Shown here: in pieces, positions 1 to 10,988 of the stretch
Layout of the letters: every line of letters starts with the position of its first letter
Numbering within the stretch: the first letter of the stretch is position 1
Assembly (NCBI GenBank): GCA_036172245.1
Contig: JAYWIR010000029.1
Span: 1,798,001-1,862,000, forward strand
DNA length: 64,000 nucleotides
Direction: 5' to 3'
Origin: Raillietiella orientalis
Taxonomy: Eukaryota
Notes under the pieces: generated by a model
Seen by the model: the letters and a program-made list of their open reading frames with translations, nothing else
Databases searched by the model: none
What the model was told of the DNA's origin: nothing
Position numbers and translations under genes: made by a program

Positions 1-3000
1 AAGCCGGAAAAGGACGTCTTCCCTCCGGAGGAAACAGTGCTTCCAGCGGCTCCTCCTGCTGGCCACCTCGTCAGGTCGCCCACCTTGACAAGCCATTTCG
101 CCCCTGAACAATTAGAAGATAGCCTCTCCGACGTGAGCAAGGTGAACGAAATCCTCCAGCATCCCAGTACAGGGGTCAGAACCGAGATGTCCCAGGACGA
201 GATCAAGGTGGAGCTGACTGCGGTGTACGACACGAGTTTCTTCTCCCACGGAGACGAGCTGTCGAGGGATGAAATTATCTCGTCGGAAGCCGAACCACCC
301 AGGGAGAGAGAGGATCTTGTGAATGGGGTGGAGGAGGAACAGGTCCACGAAGACGCCTCCAGGTCACAGCCCTTCCCTGACAGCAAGATTTCCGCCGAAG
401 AGGAGAAAGAGATTTCTGCTGAAGAGGAGGAGCCCTGTGAGGTCAAAGAGCATCCCTTTCTGGAAGAGGCCAGTCCCGAATTCGGAACTGATTCCGGTCT
501 TCTGCAGCTGGGATTCGAAGAGGGACCTCGGAAGGAAGTTCCCGTGGAGGTAGTGAAAACTCCGGACGAGGTCGCGGACCTCCCTGACAGCGAAGTGGCC
601 ATCTCGCCGAAGGTTGTGTGCTCGAGTCCGGACATCGACGGGCAGAAGGACGGCATCTGCGAAGACAGCAGCGACAAAGATAAGGTCGAAAACGAGATGC
701 CCGCCGAAGAAACTGTCTCTCCTGCCGAAGATCATTCGGGAATCGAGAGAATCGAGGAGGCGTACCAGGAAGGGCCTCCCCCGACTCAAGGTTGGGTGAG
801 CAGCGATGGACTCACCTGGCAAGCTGCCGAGGAGCCCCAAAGCGCCGCAGGGGACGACAGAGAGGAAGTCGTTCCTGTAGCTTCTGGCGAGGAGGCACGC
901 GAAGGCGACGGCGGCAGCAGCGCTCTGCGACTTGGAGAGGTGATCGTCGAGACTAAAGAAGAGCCGCTCCCACGCGAGCACCTGGATCCGCCCGGCCTGA
1001 CCCTGACGCCGGTCCCCTCGGAGGCCGACCTCCAGTCGGAATCCACTGCCAAATCTCCTAAGGACGTGGTGGAACTCAGTTTCGTGAGGGATGGAAGATC
1101 TGAGGGTCACGAAGGATCCTACTACGGAGGAGAGGCGGATCACGTCGCTCCGGAAGAACGGGAAGAGAAGGTGTTCCCGGAGGTCACGCCGCCAGAGGAG
1201 GACCTTCCTCCAGCTCTTCTTCCGGACGAGAAGCAGGGAGATCAGCAAGGTTTTCGTGACATCAACGGAGCGAGCGAAGAGGACCGCGAAAGGGCCTCGA
1301 CGAGTCCTTACAGAAGTCCCGAAGAAGAGGAGCATTCCGAACCGGGAGCCTTGCTCCTCAAAGAAGATGAACGCGGAGAGCTCGAGAAAGCCGACGGAGG
1401 ACTCCAAAATTCTCTTGAGCCCGCCACAGCGAAGGAGGCAGTCTTGGAGCAAACTCGCTCCCCGCCGGGTCATGTGGCAACCGCGGAGGAACAGCGCACA
1501 GAGCTCCCTCAGGGAGGCGAGGCCCCGCTTCCAAGCTCTGAAGGCGCCCCCAGAGGACTTGAAGCTCTCCGCGGGGATCCATCTTTTCCGGAGCTTCCTG
1601 TCTCGGCTTTCGAAAACGGGGAGACCCGGTTCCCCGCGGCGGGGATCAGCTACGAGAGGACATCGTCTTCAGGATCGGAGGATCACTTTGCCGAGGATCC
1701 GTGGACCTGCAGGAAGCTCGTCGAGAGCTGCGCGGTCCCCGATATGGGAAGAGAGGCACCAGAGGAAGGGACCGGAAAGGAGGCTCTGCGCTCCGAGGTA
1801 GCAGACCGGAGGTCCCCTTCCGAGATCTCCCCTGAGGCCATCAGGCTGCCCTCGGTCGCCGGAAAAGAAGACCGAAGGGATATCTCCCTACCCAGCCGTG
1901 GGGAGGGAGGTTCGATCGCCGAGGAGAGAGACAGGGACCCGAGCTTGGGAAAACCAGATAAGGATCGCCTTGTAGAACCGCATGGTGATGCGGAGCAGAT
2001 TCCTAGTACCCCGGATCAGACAGCATCTCACGACTTCGTCCGGGAAATCGACAGGCGCGAAGAAGAGCACGACTTGGGCTCCAGAAGCAGGGAACCCTCC
2101 CTCGGCGGCGAAGAGGAAACTCCCGTCGCCGCTCTTCCTCTGTCGAGTGCCAGCCACCTTAGCTCTTCCTCGGTCGACCTCGACGAGGGGACTCGCGCGC
2201 GCAAGAAGAGCGAGGGGGAGGAGCCACGGCCTCTGGAATGGGAATCGAGCGTCGTCCTCGCCACTGCGAAAGGAGATCCGGGTTCACCGCTCCAGAGGGA
2301 AGGAAAGGAAGCAGACTCCACGGAAACTCCCGCGTCACCCGAGAACAAATACCTTGACGGCGACTTATCCGCACCACCTTGCGATCTCGGCAGGTACGAG
2401 GAAGAGAAGGAGGCAGAGGAACAGCAGCTCCAGAAGAGCGTCCTACCCGCTCGACCATCGGACGACGTTGTCAGCTCCCTGCCCGGATCCCAGGAAGCGA
2501 CTCCCCGACTCCTCCGCGCCGAGGAGGAGAAAACAGCGGCTCCCGACCAGGACGGCGAGAGCGATCCCGGGAGCAAAGCGAGCCGGAAGTCAAGCGCTGG
2601 AAGTCTTCCCGAGGGAACCGTCCTGAGTCGCGGGAGCGTCACACCTCCACCCAGCGGCACCGGAAACGGAGTTTCCGGCGAAGCGTTCGAGGCTGCAGAC
2701 CAAGCCGGGAGCCCCGAGCAGGTCGCCGCAAGGGAATTTGCAGCCGGGCCCTCGCTCCCGGAGAACGTCCCAGGAGGAGTCTCTGACGGGGCGATCGGGA
2801 AGCTCGAGGGAACGACCAGAGACTCCAAAGGAAGGGGGCTGAGTGGGCAACCCGAAGAAACTTCCCGCTTCTCCACCTCCGCCGAGCTACAGGAAGTCCG
2901 CGGGTCCCAGCGCGAGGAGGAGCACAAGCGATCTCTCTCAGCATCCCTTGAAACCCGAATCCTACAGGAGCCTAGAGAGGAAGGTTCAAGTGGCTCGGCA

Positions 3001-5775
3001 TCTCCTCGGTGGGACCTCCCTGGCGAGGAGGAGCCAGGCCGGAGCTCTCCACCAGACAGCCGGAAAACGAGAGCCGAGGACGGCACGAGGATAGCGCGAG
3101 GGCCGTCTCCCATCGGAGGCCCTCTCGCAGAGGTAGCGGCTGAACCCGTCCTCGACTGCGAAGACCTTTACTCTCCGGCACCCGAGTCGCCAGCGTCCGC
3201 GAGGAAGCCCTACGACTTCATGTTGGAGTCTTCCATCTGCTCCCCGGGACGCCGGCTCCTCCAGGAAAGCGACTCCGAGGAGCAGACGACTTCCTCAGAC
3301 GCGAGCGAGGGAAAGGCGTCCACGACCGCGGAAGGGGCCAGCAAGGACTGGCTCGGAAGTCCAGCACACGCGGGGGAGGCGGAGGAGAGCCGCGACCATC
3401 ACGCTGCTCGCCCTGCAAGTGGAAGCCCGGCGTCCCACGGCGAAGACAGCGATGGTCGTCTCACGCCGGACGCCGCCCCTTCTCCGGACGAAGAGAGCAG
3501 CGGAGGAGGAAGGAGGCGGCCTCTGGCCTCGCTTTTAGACTCCTTTGGGTCCGGGAAGGACGGTGAAGATGTCCAGTCGGACGCGGAGCACAAACTCCTG
3601 GACCCCTCTTCTTCGTCGTCGTCGGCAGCGGCGGACGTTCCTGCCGGCTTCTGGCTCGCCGGAAGCTCTGAACCCGCAGCGGTCGACGCGTGCCGCTCCT
3701 TCCCGCAGAGAGATGAAGGCCAGGACGCGGAGGAAGGAGGAGCGGAGGGATCTGCCCGTCCTGATGCGAAGGCCGTTGACGGCAAATCTCCTTTCCGGGA
3801 ACGAACTCTGGACGATGCTATGGGCCACCCTCCGACCTTCGCCGCGCACACGGAGAGTTGCCGCGACCTCGGACTCGGGGCGGGCGCTGCCTGGGGCGCT
3901 GCTCCAGCTGCTGGTGGTGGCGGCCTGAGGAATGGCTACAAGCCGGAAGAGTTTTACTTCGCGAGCTCGGAAGGGATCGTCGAGGAACCGAAGGACAGTC
4001 GAGGGAGGGAGGCGGCACCTGACGTGGGCGTGGGACGCGCCTTCCTGGAATTCGACGAGATCTCCGTCGTCGCGGTCATAAACTCCGACGACGCCGTCCG
4101 TCCGGTCCCCGACTGCCGGCCCCTCGCCACCTGCGAGGAAGGCGAGGAGGCAGAAAGCGAGCAGACGCCATTAGGGGGCAGACTGGAGGATCAGGAACGG
4201 CTCCCGGAGACCGCCAAAGAGGGAGCTCCGGCGCCGGCGCGCGCCGCAGCACCCCCGGAGGACTGGCATCGAGATGGAAGTCATCTTGCGAAGGAGGCGG
4301 CGGGCGAGTCCTCGGACGGAGGTTCCGTCGGAGTCCTGGACCACTCCGACGTCTCGCACGAAACGATAGAGCCGACGTGGGAAGAAGCTCGGCGCTCCTC
4401 CGAACGGTGCGGAGGGCAGCACCTCCCCTGCGGGCACGAGGATGCTGAGCTGGTTAAGTTTACTCTGGACGAGATCAACGTCGAAGAGCACGAGCAGCTC
4501 CGCTGCAGCCACGTGTGCCTGGCCGAGCCCATCTACGAGAGCATCCCCATCCAGAGAGCGGAGATCGTCAACGTCGATGACAGCCCCATCTCCAGCGAGA
4601 GCTTCGTCGGGAGCTACCGAAACGCGTCCCACTCCCCTCCGATGTTTCCGGAATCCCCGGATGCCGAGGCTACCGACAGGGAGCAGCAGAAGCGCACGGA
4701 AGATCCCGCCGAGGGAGAGGCTTTGGCACGTGGGGACCCGGGAGAAGACTCCGGAGAGAAGTCCGCATCCCTCGCTGGGAGCAGGCCGTTCGATTCGGAA
4801 CACTGGGAGCTCTCCAGCGAAGCGAAGAGACTGGGAGAGAGGGCAGAAGGCGACCCCGTGCACCCCCAGGAGACCGGCTACACGGGAGCATCGGACAGCG
4901 ACGTCTCGGACGGGATCGCCGTAAGGTCGCGGGTGGAACTGGTGAGACTTCTCCCGGACCAGGATGACGGCAAGTGATGCTCCTCCCCTGCCCCCGACGA
5001 ATTGCCGCGGGCGCTGCGAACCGCCCCGCACTGACGCTCGATTTGCAGATGACCTCCTCCAGCTGGAGACCGGGCACGCGAGAGCAACGGAGGGCGACGT
5101 CTCGGACGGGATCGCCGTAAGGTCGCGGGTGGAACTGGTGAGGCTTCTCCCGGACCAGGATGACGGCAAGTGATGCTCCTCCCCTGCCCCCGACGAATCG
5201 AAGCGGGCTCTGAGAACCGCCCCGCACTGACGCTCGATTTACAGATGACCCGCTCAAGCTGTGGGGCGAGCCGCAGGGACTCCCCATTCCGTCCCAGAAC
5301 GGGAAGGCGTTCTCCCCGAAAGGCTGGGATCGTCGCAGGTCGGACGATAGCGAGGACCGTGCGTCCGACCCCTGCGTCTACTTCGACCTGGTGTACGTCC
5401 CCTGCCAAGCGAACCCGCGGTACACGTCTGCGGAGTTCTTCCAGACCGTGAGGTCCAGGCACTACGTCATCAGCTCCACCAACCCGAACGTCACGGTGCT
5501 CGACGCCCTGCTGGAAGGCAAAGCGGCCTGGAACGACAAGGAGATGAGTGCGTACAAACACCACCACCTCCCGTCCGCCTCCTCCTCACCTGTGCCGTTT
5601 TGCAGAGACCACGGTTATCCCTACCTACGAAGGCGAGACCCTGACCAAGTGGGTCACGGAGAACGAAGACCTGCTATCCGAGCACCATATAGAAGTGACC
5701 CCTTCCGCCTCGAGGTGCACTATCAACCTACAAGATTACGACACGTGCTGCAACGCGTACAGGCTGGAGCTTTAG
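1..5775 (+). CDS. futsch: MAP1/futsch-family microtubule-associated protein, 5'-truncated by the window edge; exons 1-4969, 5049-5165, 5245-5547, 5606-5775
   Basis: Frame 1 is open from base 1 for about 1650 E/S/P-rich codons. Splicing 4970-5048 (GC-AG), 5166-5244 (GC-AG) and 5548-5605 (GT-AG) keeps the frame. It gives DPLKLWGEPQGLP followed by the MAP1 light-chain domain VYFDLVYVP...FFQTVRSRHYVISS...LDALLEGKAAW...VIPTY...SASRCTINLQD...AYRLEL*, which I recognise as the futsch/MAP1 C-terminus. Confidence 0.93.
4853..5248 (+). repeat. 196-bp tandem duplication covering an exon 3' end plus a whole 79-nt intron
   Basis: GCGACGTCTCGGACGGGATCGCCGTAAGG...GATGACGGCAAGTGATGCTCC...CTGACGCTCGATTT(G/A)CAGATGACC occurs twice with a 196-nt offset (donors at 4970 and 5166, acceptors ending at 5048 and 5244). 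The left boundary is approximate. Confidence 0.92.
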
Positions 5776-6088
5776 TTAGGCGGGATCCGGGAACGCCTCC
5801 TACCTAGCTCCAGTAGGAGTCGGGTTTTCCTAACCGGCGAGCCGACCGATCCCAGCCCTATAGTTATTTTTTTTTGTTTTTGTTTCCCTCCCCTCCCCTT
5901 TTCTTCACATAGGATAGCTTTCGTGTCGTTCTTTGTCTTAGCTCCGTAGCGAAATCCCCATTCCAGGTGAGAAGCGAGCCGCATCTTCACGTCGGGGAGT
6001 CCCGACGGTGGGCAAAGTGATAGAAAAAGTGATATTCCGGGAATGAAATGCTGTGAAGTGTAGCCTTTAATACGAAACGAACTGGAGG

Positions 6089-6090
<2 letters not shown>

Positions 6091-6140
<50 letters not shown>
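6091..6140. repeat. (AC)25 microsatellite downstream of the futsch stop codon
   Basis: Uninterrupted AC run, read directly. Confidence 0.98.
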
Positions 6141-6145
<5 letters not shown>

Positions 6146-9091
6146 AAAAAAAAAAATGCGTGTGCATTCCTTTCGCGGTGATGTGGATCTGAGAACGCCT
6201 CTGCGACGCTGGTGCGGCTGAGGTTTCCTTCTTCCGTGGTGTCAGCTTCACTAACCCTTCCCCCTCACCTCCTTTCGTGTCTGACCGGACGGCCTTCCGG
6301 TTCCGCGGAGCTGCGCGAGCCCCGCCCGCGTATGGCGCTCTCAGCTCCCTAGGGGGAACCGGAAGGAACAGGGATTCGATCCGCAAAGCTCCGTTTCCGG
6401 GCATCCAGCAACCCGCGCAGCTGCGAGAAAAAAAAAAAAAAAAAATAACTGACCTATTTTTTATCATTTTGTGACCAGTCTTTCTTGCTAGTAAAGAATA
6501 CTTCGCAATTTTTGCACCCGCATGATTCATTTCCCGTCGCCTATCGGGGTGTCTTTCAGGTCCGCGGCCGCCAACGAGTTGGGAAGCCGTGAGGTATCTC
6601 GCCAGGCCCAAGTCACAAGCGGGGGCGCACGCGCGCTTTCCTTTGCTTGTTTGTTTTTTGTGCTTTTTGTCCGTGCCTCCTCTCCTTCCCCCCTCCCGCC
6701 TTCTTTTCGCTCTCCACGAGACTGGAAATCTCCTCCTCCCCGAGCTCTCAGAATCTGCTTGGATGTCCGCGACGCGGAGGAGGCTGGCTCGTGAGACGTG
6801 AATGCCATCTTGCTCACGCGTTCATGTGCTTGGACGCATCTGGTCCGGCTCGGCTCGGCGGGGCCTTCGTCTGGATGCTGCCTCAACCCGCGGGAAACTG
6901 GTCGATCTGCGACGAACTCCTAGGTGGCCGAGAGCATGCTGACCCAGGAGCAGCTTGCAGTTCTTCCCCGCGGGACAGTCCTCACGCAGGACAGTCCCCA
7001 AAGTGCAGATGCGAACCAAAAAACGGGAACGCTCTCCCTACGGGGATGCAGCTCCGGTGTGGTGAGGTGGGGGAAAGTCTGTTGAAAGCGATAAACCCCG
7101 GAGAGCCCTCTGGGGCTTATCGCTAGGATTCTGCATGGAGTGTGAGGGGATCTCATAGGAGACGGAAAGCAGGTCACTAGCATGAGACGAGACTACGTGA
7201 CGGAGGAGTTCCTTCCTCGAGGCACTGCTCGCTGCCATTCCGATGGAGCGTCCTCGCAAAGAGCTCACCTAGCTCGCTGCCCCGAGATCGCCTGAGACTT
7301 CCCAGCTGGAGAGGGGCGCTTCCGGCATTTCTTCTGGACTCCGGAAGTTTTCGTCTGGACTCCGTTCAGATTCCCGCCTCCGCATGGGGTGTTACGAATC
7401 TTGCAGCTCTTCCTGGCGGCGTCAGAACCCCTCGACAGGGATGAGAGGCTGCCCCCACCAAGAAGATTACATGTTTCCGAGGGGCGCCAAGACGGTAGCC
7501 GGGAGTGGACCTGATAGGTCCGAAAGGGGTTTGAAGAAGGGGCAGTTTCGTTCTCCCTACCACCGCATCCCTCTTCCCCCCTTCTGCGGGGCAACGGGCG
7601 GGACCTCAAGGAACCAGGGAACCATGACAACCATGGTTCTAGGACTCTGAGTTTGCATTTGATGCTTCATCCGTAGGAGGGATTGCTCCCCTCGTTTTCA
7701 AAGCTCTCCAATAAGACGTCGGGCTATTGCAGCAGCAGAAGGGGAAAAGGAGGAGGACCATGACTCGCCTTCCGCACTCTATACGCGCGTGCCGGCCTAT
7801 TTGATCAAGCCAGCTCCCCAGAGAGGAATTGATCTCGTCCCAGCTCCCCCTGAGCGGACTGGCACGCGTCGCAGAAACTGGCTGCTGAGAGCGGAGGCAT
7901 GCAGTGTCCGAAGGAAGGAAAACTGACTTTTGCGTTCACCTTCCCTAGCATGACCACGAAGGTCTCTCCCGCGAAATTCTTTTGATGAAGTTCGATCGGG
8001 AAAACCCGCTTCGAGGCTCAAGCGTCTCCCCTCTGCGCTCCGAACGTGTTTTCAGTAATTCAGGAAGCTGAACCGGGAGCTAGGAGGCCACCGTCATCAG
8101 AATGCTGTCGCAGCCCACGGAAGACAACGATCTTCGAGCCCTCCTTGTGGACCACCAGAGTGGAAGAGCGCTTCTGCGGTTTCATGTGTTTGGCAGGGCG
8201 CAGGCAACGCATGATCGACGGACTGTCAGCAGTCCTCTTCCTGTCGGATAGACAGCGCGGGAAGCCTCTGGTGATCTTCATTCTTAAGCAGCCCGCCGTC
8301 CCTCTTCTGTTCTTGGGGGCTTTCATCTGGAACTTGGTAGGGGGATTAGCTGAAGGCGAACCGTACAGCATCAAAGGAAGGAAAGCAAACGAAGGTGACT
8401 CCCTCCCCCCGAGGGGTTCGAATCTGTGGAAAGGACAGGAGAGGGTATCGCAGGGACGATCCAGAGAGGCGAAAGTCCTCTCCCCATCGTCGCTGTCTCC
8501 ACCGTCAAACCAGCTGGAGCTTCCCTCCTTTTTCCCTTGAACTGCGCGCTCATCGTCGCCTGCGGCTCCACTTGGCCTGATCAGGCGCGCAGCAACGAAG
8601 TCCGTTCTTGTTCTCCTTTCCGGAGTCAGCCGGACGCCTCTGACCTGCTTTTTGCTCTGCTGGGAGAGCTCGTCCTTCCGCCTACGGAAAGAAGGTCTGC
8701 GGCCCTCACCCATGACGAGTCAAGAGGGTGCGGGACAGACGACCCCTCGTGAACGGGAAGAGGAAGCAGGGCGCACGGGAAGGACGTGCGATCAGAGTTG
8801 CGGGACCGGGAACGAGTCGAGCCTGACACGACGCCTGAGCGCTTCCGCCGACGCGGGTTCCTCGCGACCCTCTCCCTCTATCCTTTGTCGCCGATGAAGC
8901 TGACTCCTGCATGCAGGGGAGAGCGGCAGTTAGAGCAAAGTATCCCTCGTGAGCCACCCCAGCACTGCTCCACCAGCGGGAGGCGGCAGATGGCGGGGCA
9001 GCCGAGTCGCGGGTGGAAGACGACAGGGCCTCCCGAACGTGATCCGGGAACGCCCTTTCTTTTCCTCAGGAGTGGGAGGACACGAGAACAG

Positions 9092-9175
9092 CAAGGAGGA
9101 CGAGGAGGAAGAGAAGGAGGAGGAGAAGGAGGAGAAGAAGGAAGGGAGGAGGAGGAGAAGGAAGGGAGGAGGAGA
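9092..9175. repeat. Polypurine (GAG/GAA/AAG) low-complexity tract
   Basis: About 80 nt that are almost entirely G/A. Confidence 0.85.
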
Positions 9176-10671
9176 CTAAGTGGGATGAAGCTCACCTCAA
9201 CAGGGAGGCGGGGCCACGAGGAACACCGGGCTCCTTGCCAACCAGGTGGTACCAGGCCGCATCGATTCTCCTGGCTCCCAACTGGGAAGCATTCCGCAGA
9301 GGTGGATCCCCAGTCTATGAGCCCACGACAGGAGAGAGAGGGGACCTCAGTGCTTTTCTGAGGACGCATCTCAAGTTCCAGGTTTCTCCTCCTCCATCCC
9401 CTCCATCCACGCGGCGACGGGTGGGTCCGGAGGCTGCGCTAGCAGGAGCGACCCTTCTCCACTCATCCGTGTGTTCTCCGCTCCTCGTTCTTCCCTGGTT
9501 CACTGTGCGCGAGCAGACCCCGGAGATGCCGTTCCGTGGCGCCGGCAGCACTCGGGAAGAGAGCGGCGGCGGCTCTCCCCCGGAGAGAGGTAGTGGACCC
9601 CGGGGTGGACGTGACTGCCAAACAATCGACAGTGCGTTCCTCCAGGTTCGAGCTTGGAATAACCACCGGCACCAGCTGGTCCCGAGGATCTGAACGCCAT
9701 TTCCTGCTCCCTCTTCCCCGCTAAGAGGGGGGCAGGGTAAGCAGGCCCCCTTTGCCCTTCCTCGGCTACCGGGGAAGGCCAGAGACCGACACATGGCTCC
9801 TCCTCCGGCCGCCGCCGCCCCAGGAATTTCCAGGATGCATCCTGGTACCCTACAGCCTCTTCCTGGCACCCTCTTCCCGATGAGGGCTTTCTTCTCTCGG
9901 AGCCCTTTTCGCCTTCCGGGGCTTCGTCGAAGCTGCTGGAACGGCGCTGTCGCGAGAAAACGCGTCCCGAGACCCCGAACACTTCTTTGCCCTCCTCCTT
10001 CCCAAAAAGAGGTGCTAGGGAAGAAAGGAGGGGAGAAGGTCTGAGTTCCTCCTGCTTCCGGGCTGCGCCAGAGACCCACTTCCTCCCTCTTCCCGCCCTT
10101 CCTCCCGCGAGCGGGCGGGCACCTCCCCCTTTCCGGAGGATCGGAGAGGGCAAGTGCGAGCGGGCAGGAGGCATCCGACAGCAGGGTAAGGGGGTGCTGC
10201 CGCTGTCTTCCGAGGATGCGCGCTCACCGCTGGTTCGGCACCGGTCAGAGGAGCAGTTCCCCTTTCTTTACCAGCTCAGAAGGGCGAGCAAGGTCACCCC
10301 CCGAAGAAGAGTAGGACCAGACGAGCATTCTTGAAGCCTCCTAGACCACGAGGGCACGAGAACGGAAAGATCGTTCACTCTCACGGATCCAAAGGGTGCC
10401 ACCTCCTCCTCCAAATCTCCTCTTCTCTCCTCCCTGTCAAGGATCATCCGGGAAGAAACACTTCTCTGGCTCCTCGATCCTCTTCCTTCCGACCTCGCTT
10501 TCCTGATTCCTCCTTCATTCCCTTCGGATTTTCTAGGAAGCCGGCAAGCTATGGGTGCGTGCGGGAGGGCTGCGCGCGAGCCTCTCCCTTCCCCCGTTAG
10601 CCGGCTGGACCCGACAGTAACCATGGACACGCCCATCAAGGAAGTCAAGCGGATCTGAGGGAAGGACTCTG

Positions 10672-10787
10672 TGTCCCTTTCCTCTCCCGTCCTTTCTCTC
10701 CCCCTCCCCCTTCTCTTCCTTCCTGTCCCTTTCCTCTCCCGTCCTTTCTCTCTCCCTCCCCCTTCTCTTCCTTCCTGTCCCTTCCTC
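10672..10787. repeat. 52-bp pyrimidine-rich tandem repeat, about 2.2 copies
   Basis: The unit TGTCCCTTTCCTCTCCCGTCCTTTCTCTC...CTTCCTTCC starts at 10672, 10724 and 10776. Confidence 0.9.
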
Positions 10788-10988
10788 CCCCATCGCAGGA
10801 TCCTGGGTGGAATCGAAGTGTCCGTCGTGAAAACCAGGGAGGGACGGAAGAAGGGATCACCCGCCAAGTCGGTTCGCCTTCTCCTCAGCGAGAGTGGAGT
10901 GAGAAAGGGTGCAGGAGAGTGGGACCTCATCCTCCCCCTCCGACAGACGGAAGCGGAGGAGCACTACAGCGTCCTCTTTTTTTCTCCT

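Noticed and set aside
8050..8102. CTGATGA...GAAA on the minus strand (hammerhead-like core); similar CTGATGA near 18490, 33570, 35418 and 43547
   Set aside because: No compatible stems I-III could be formed by eye.
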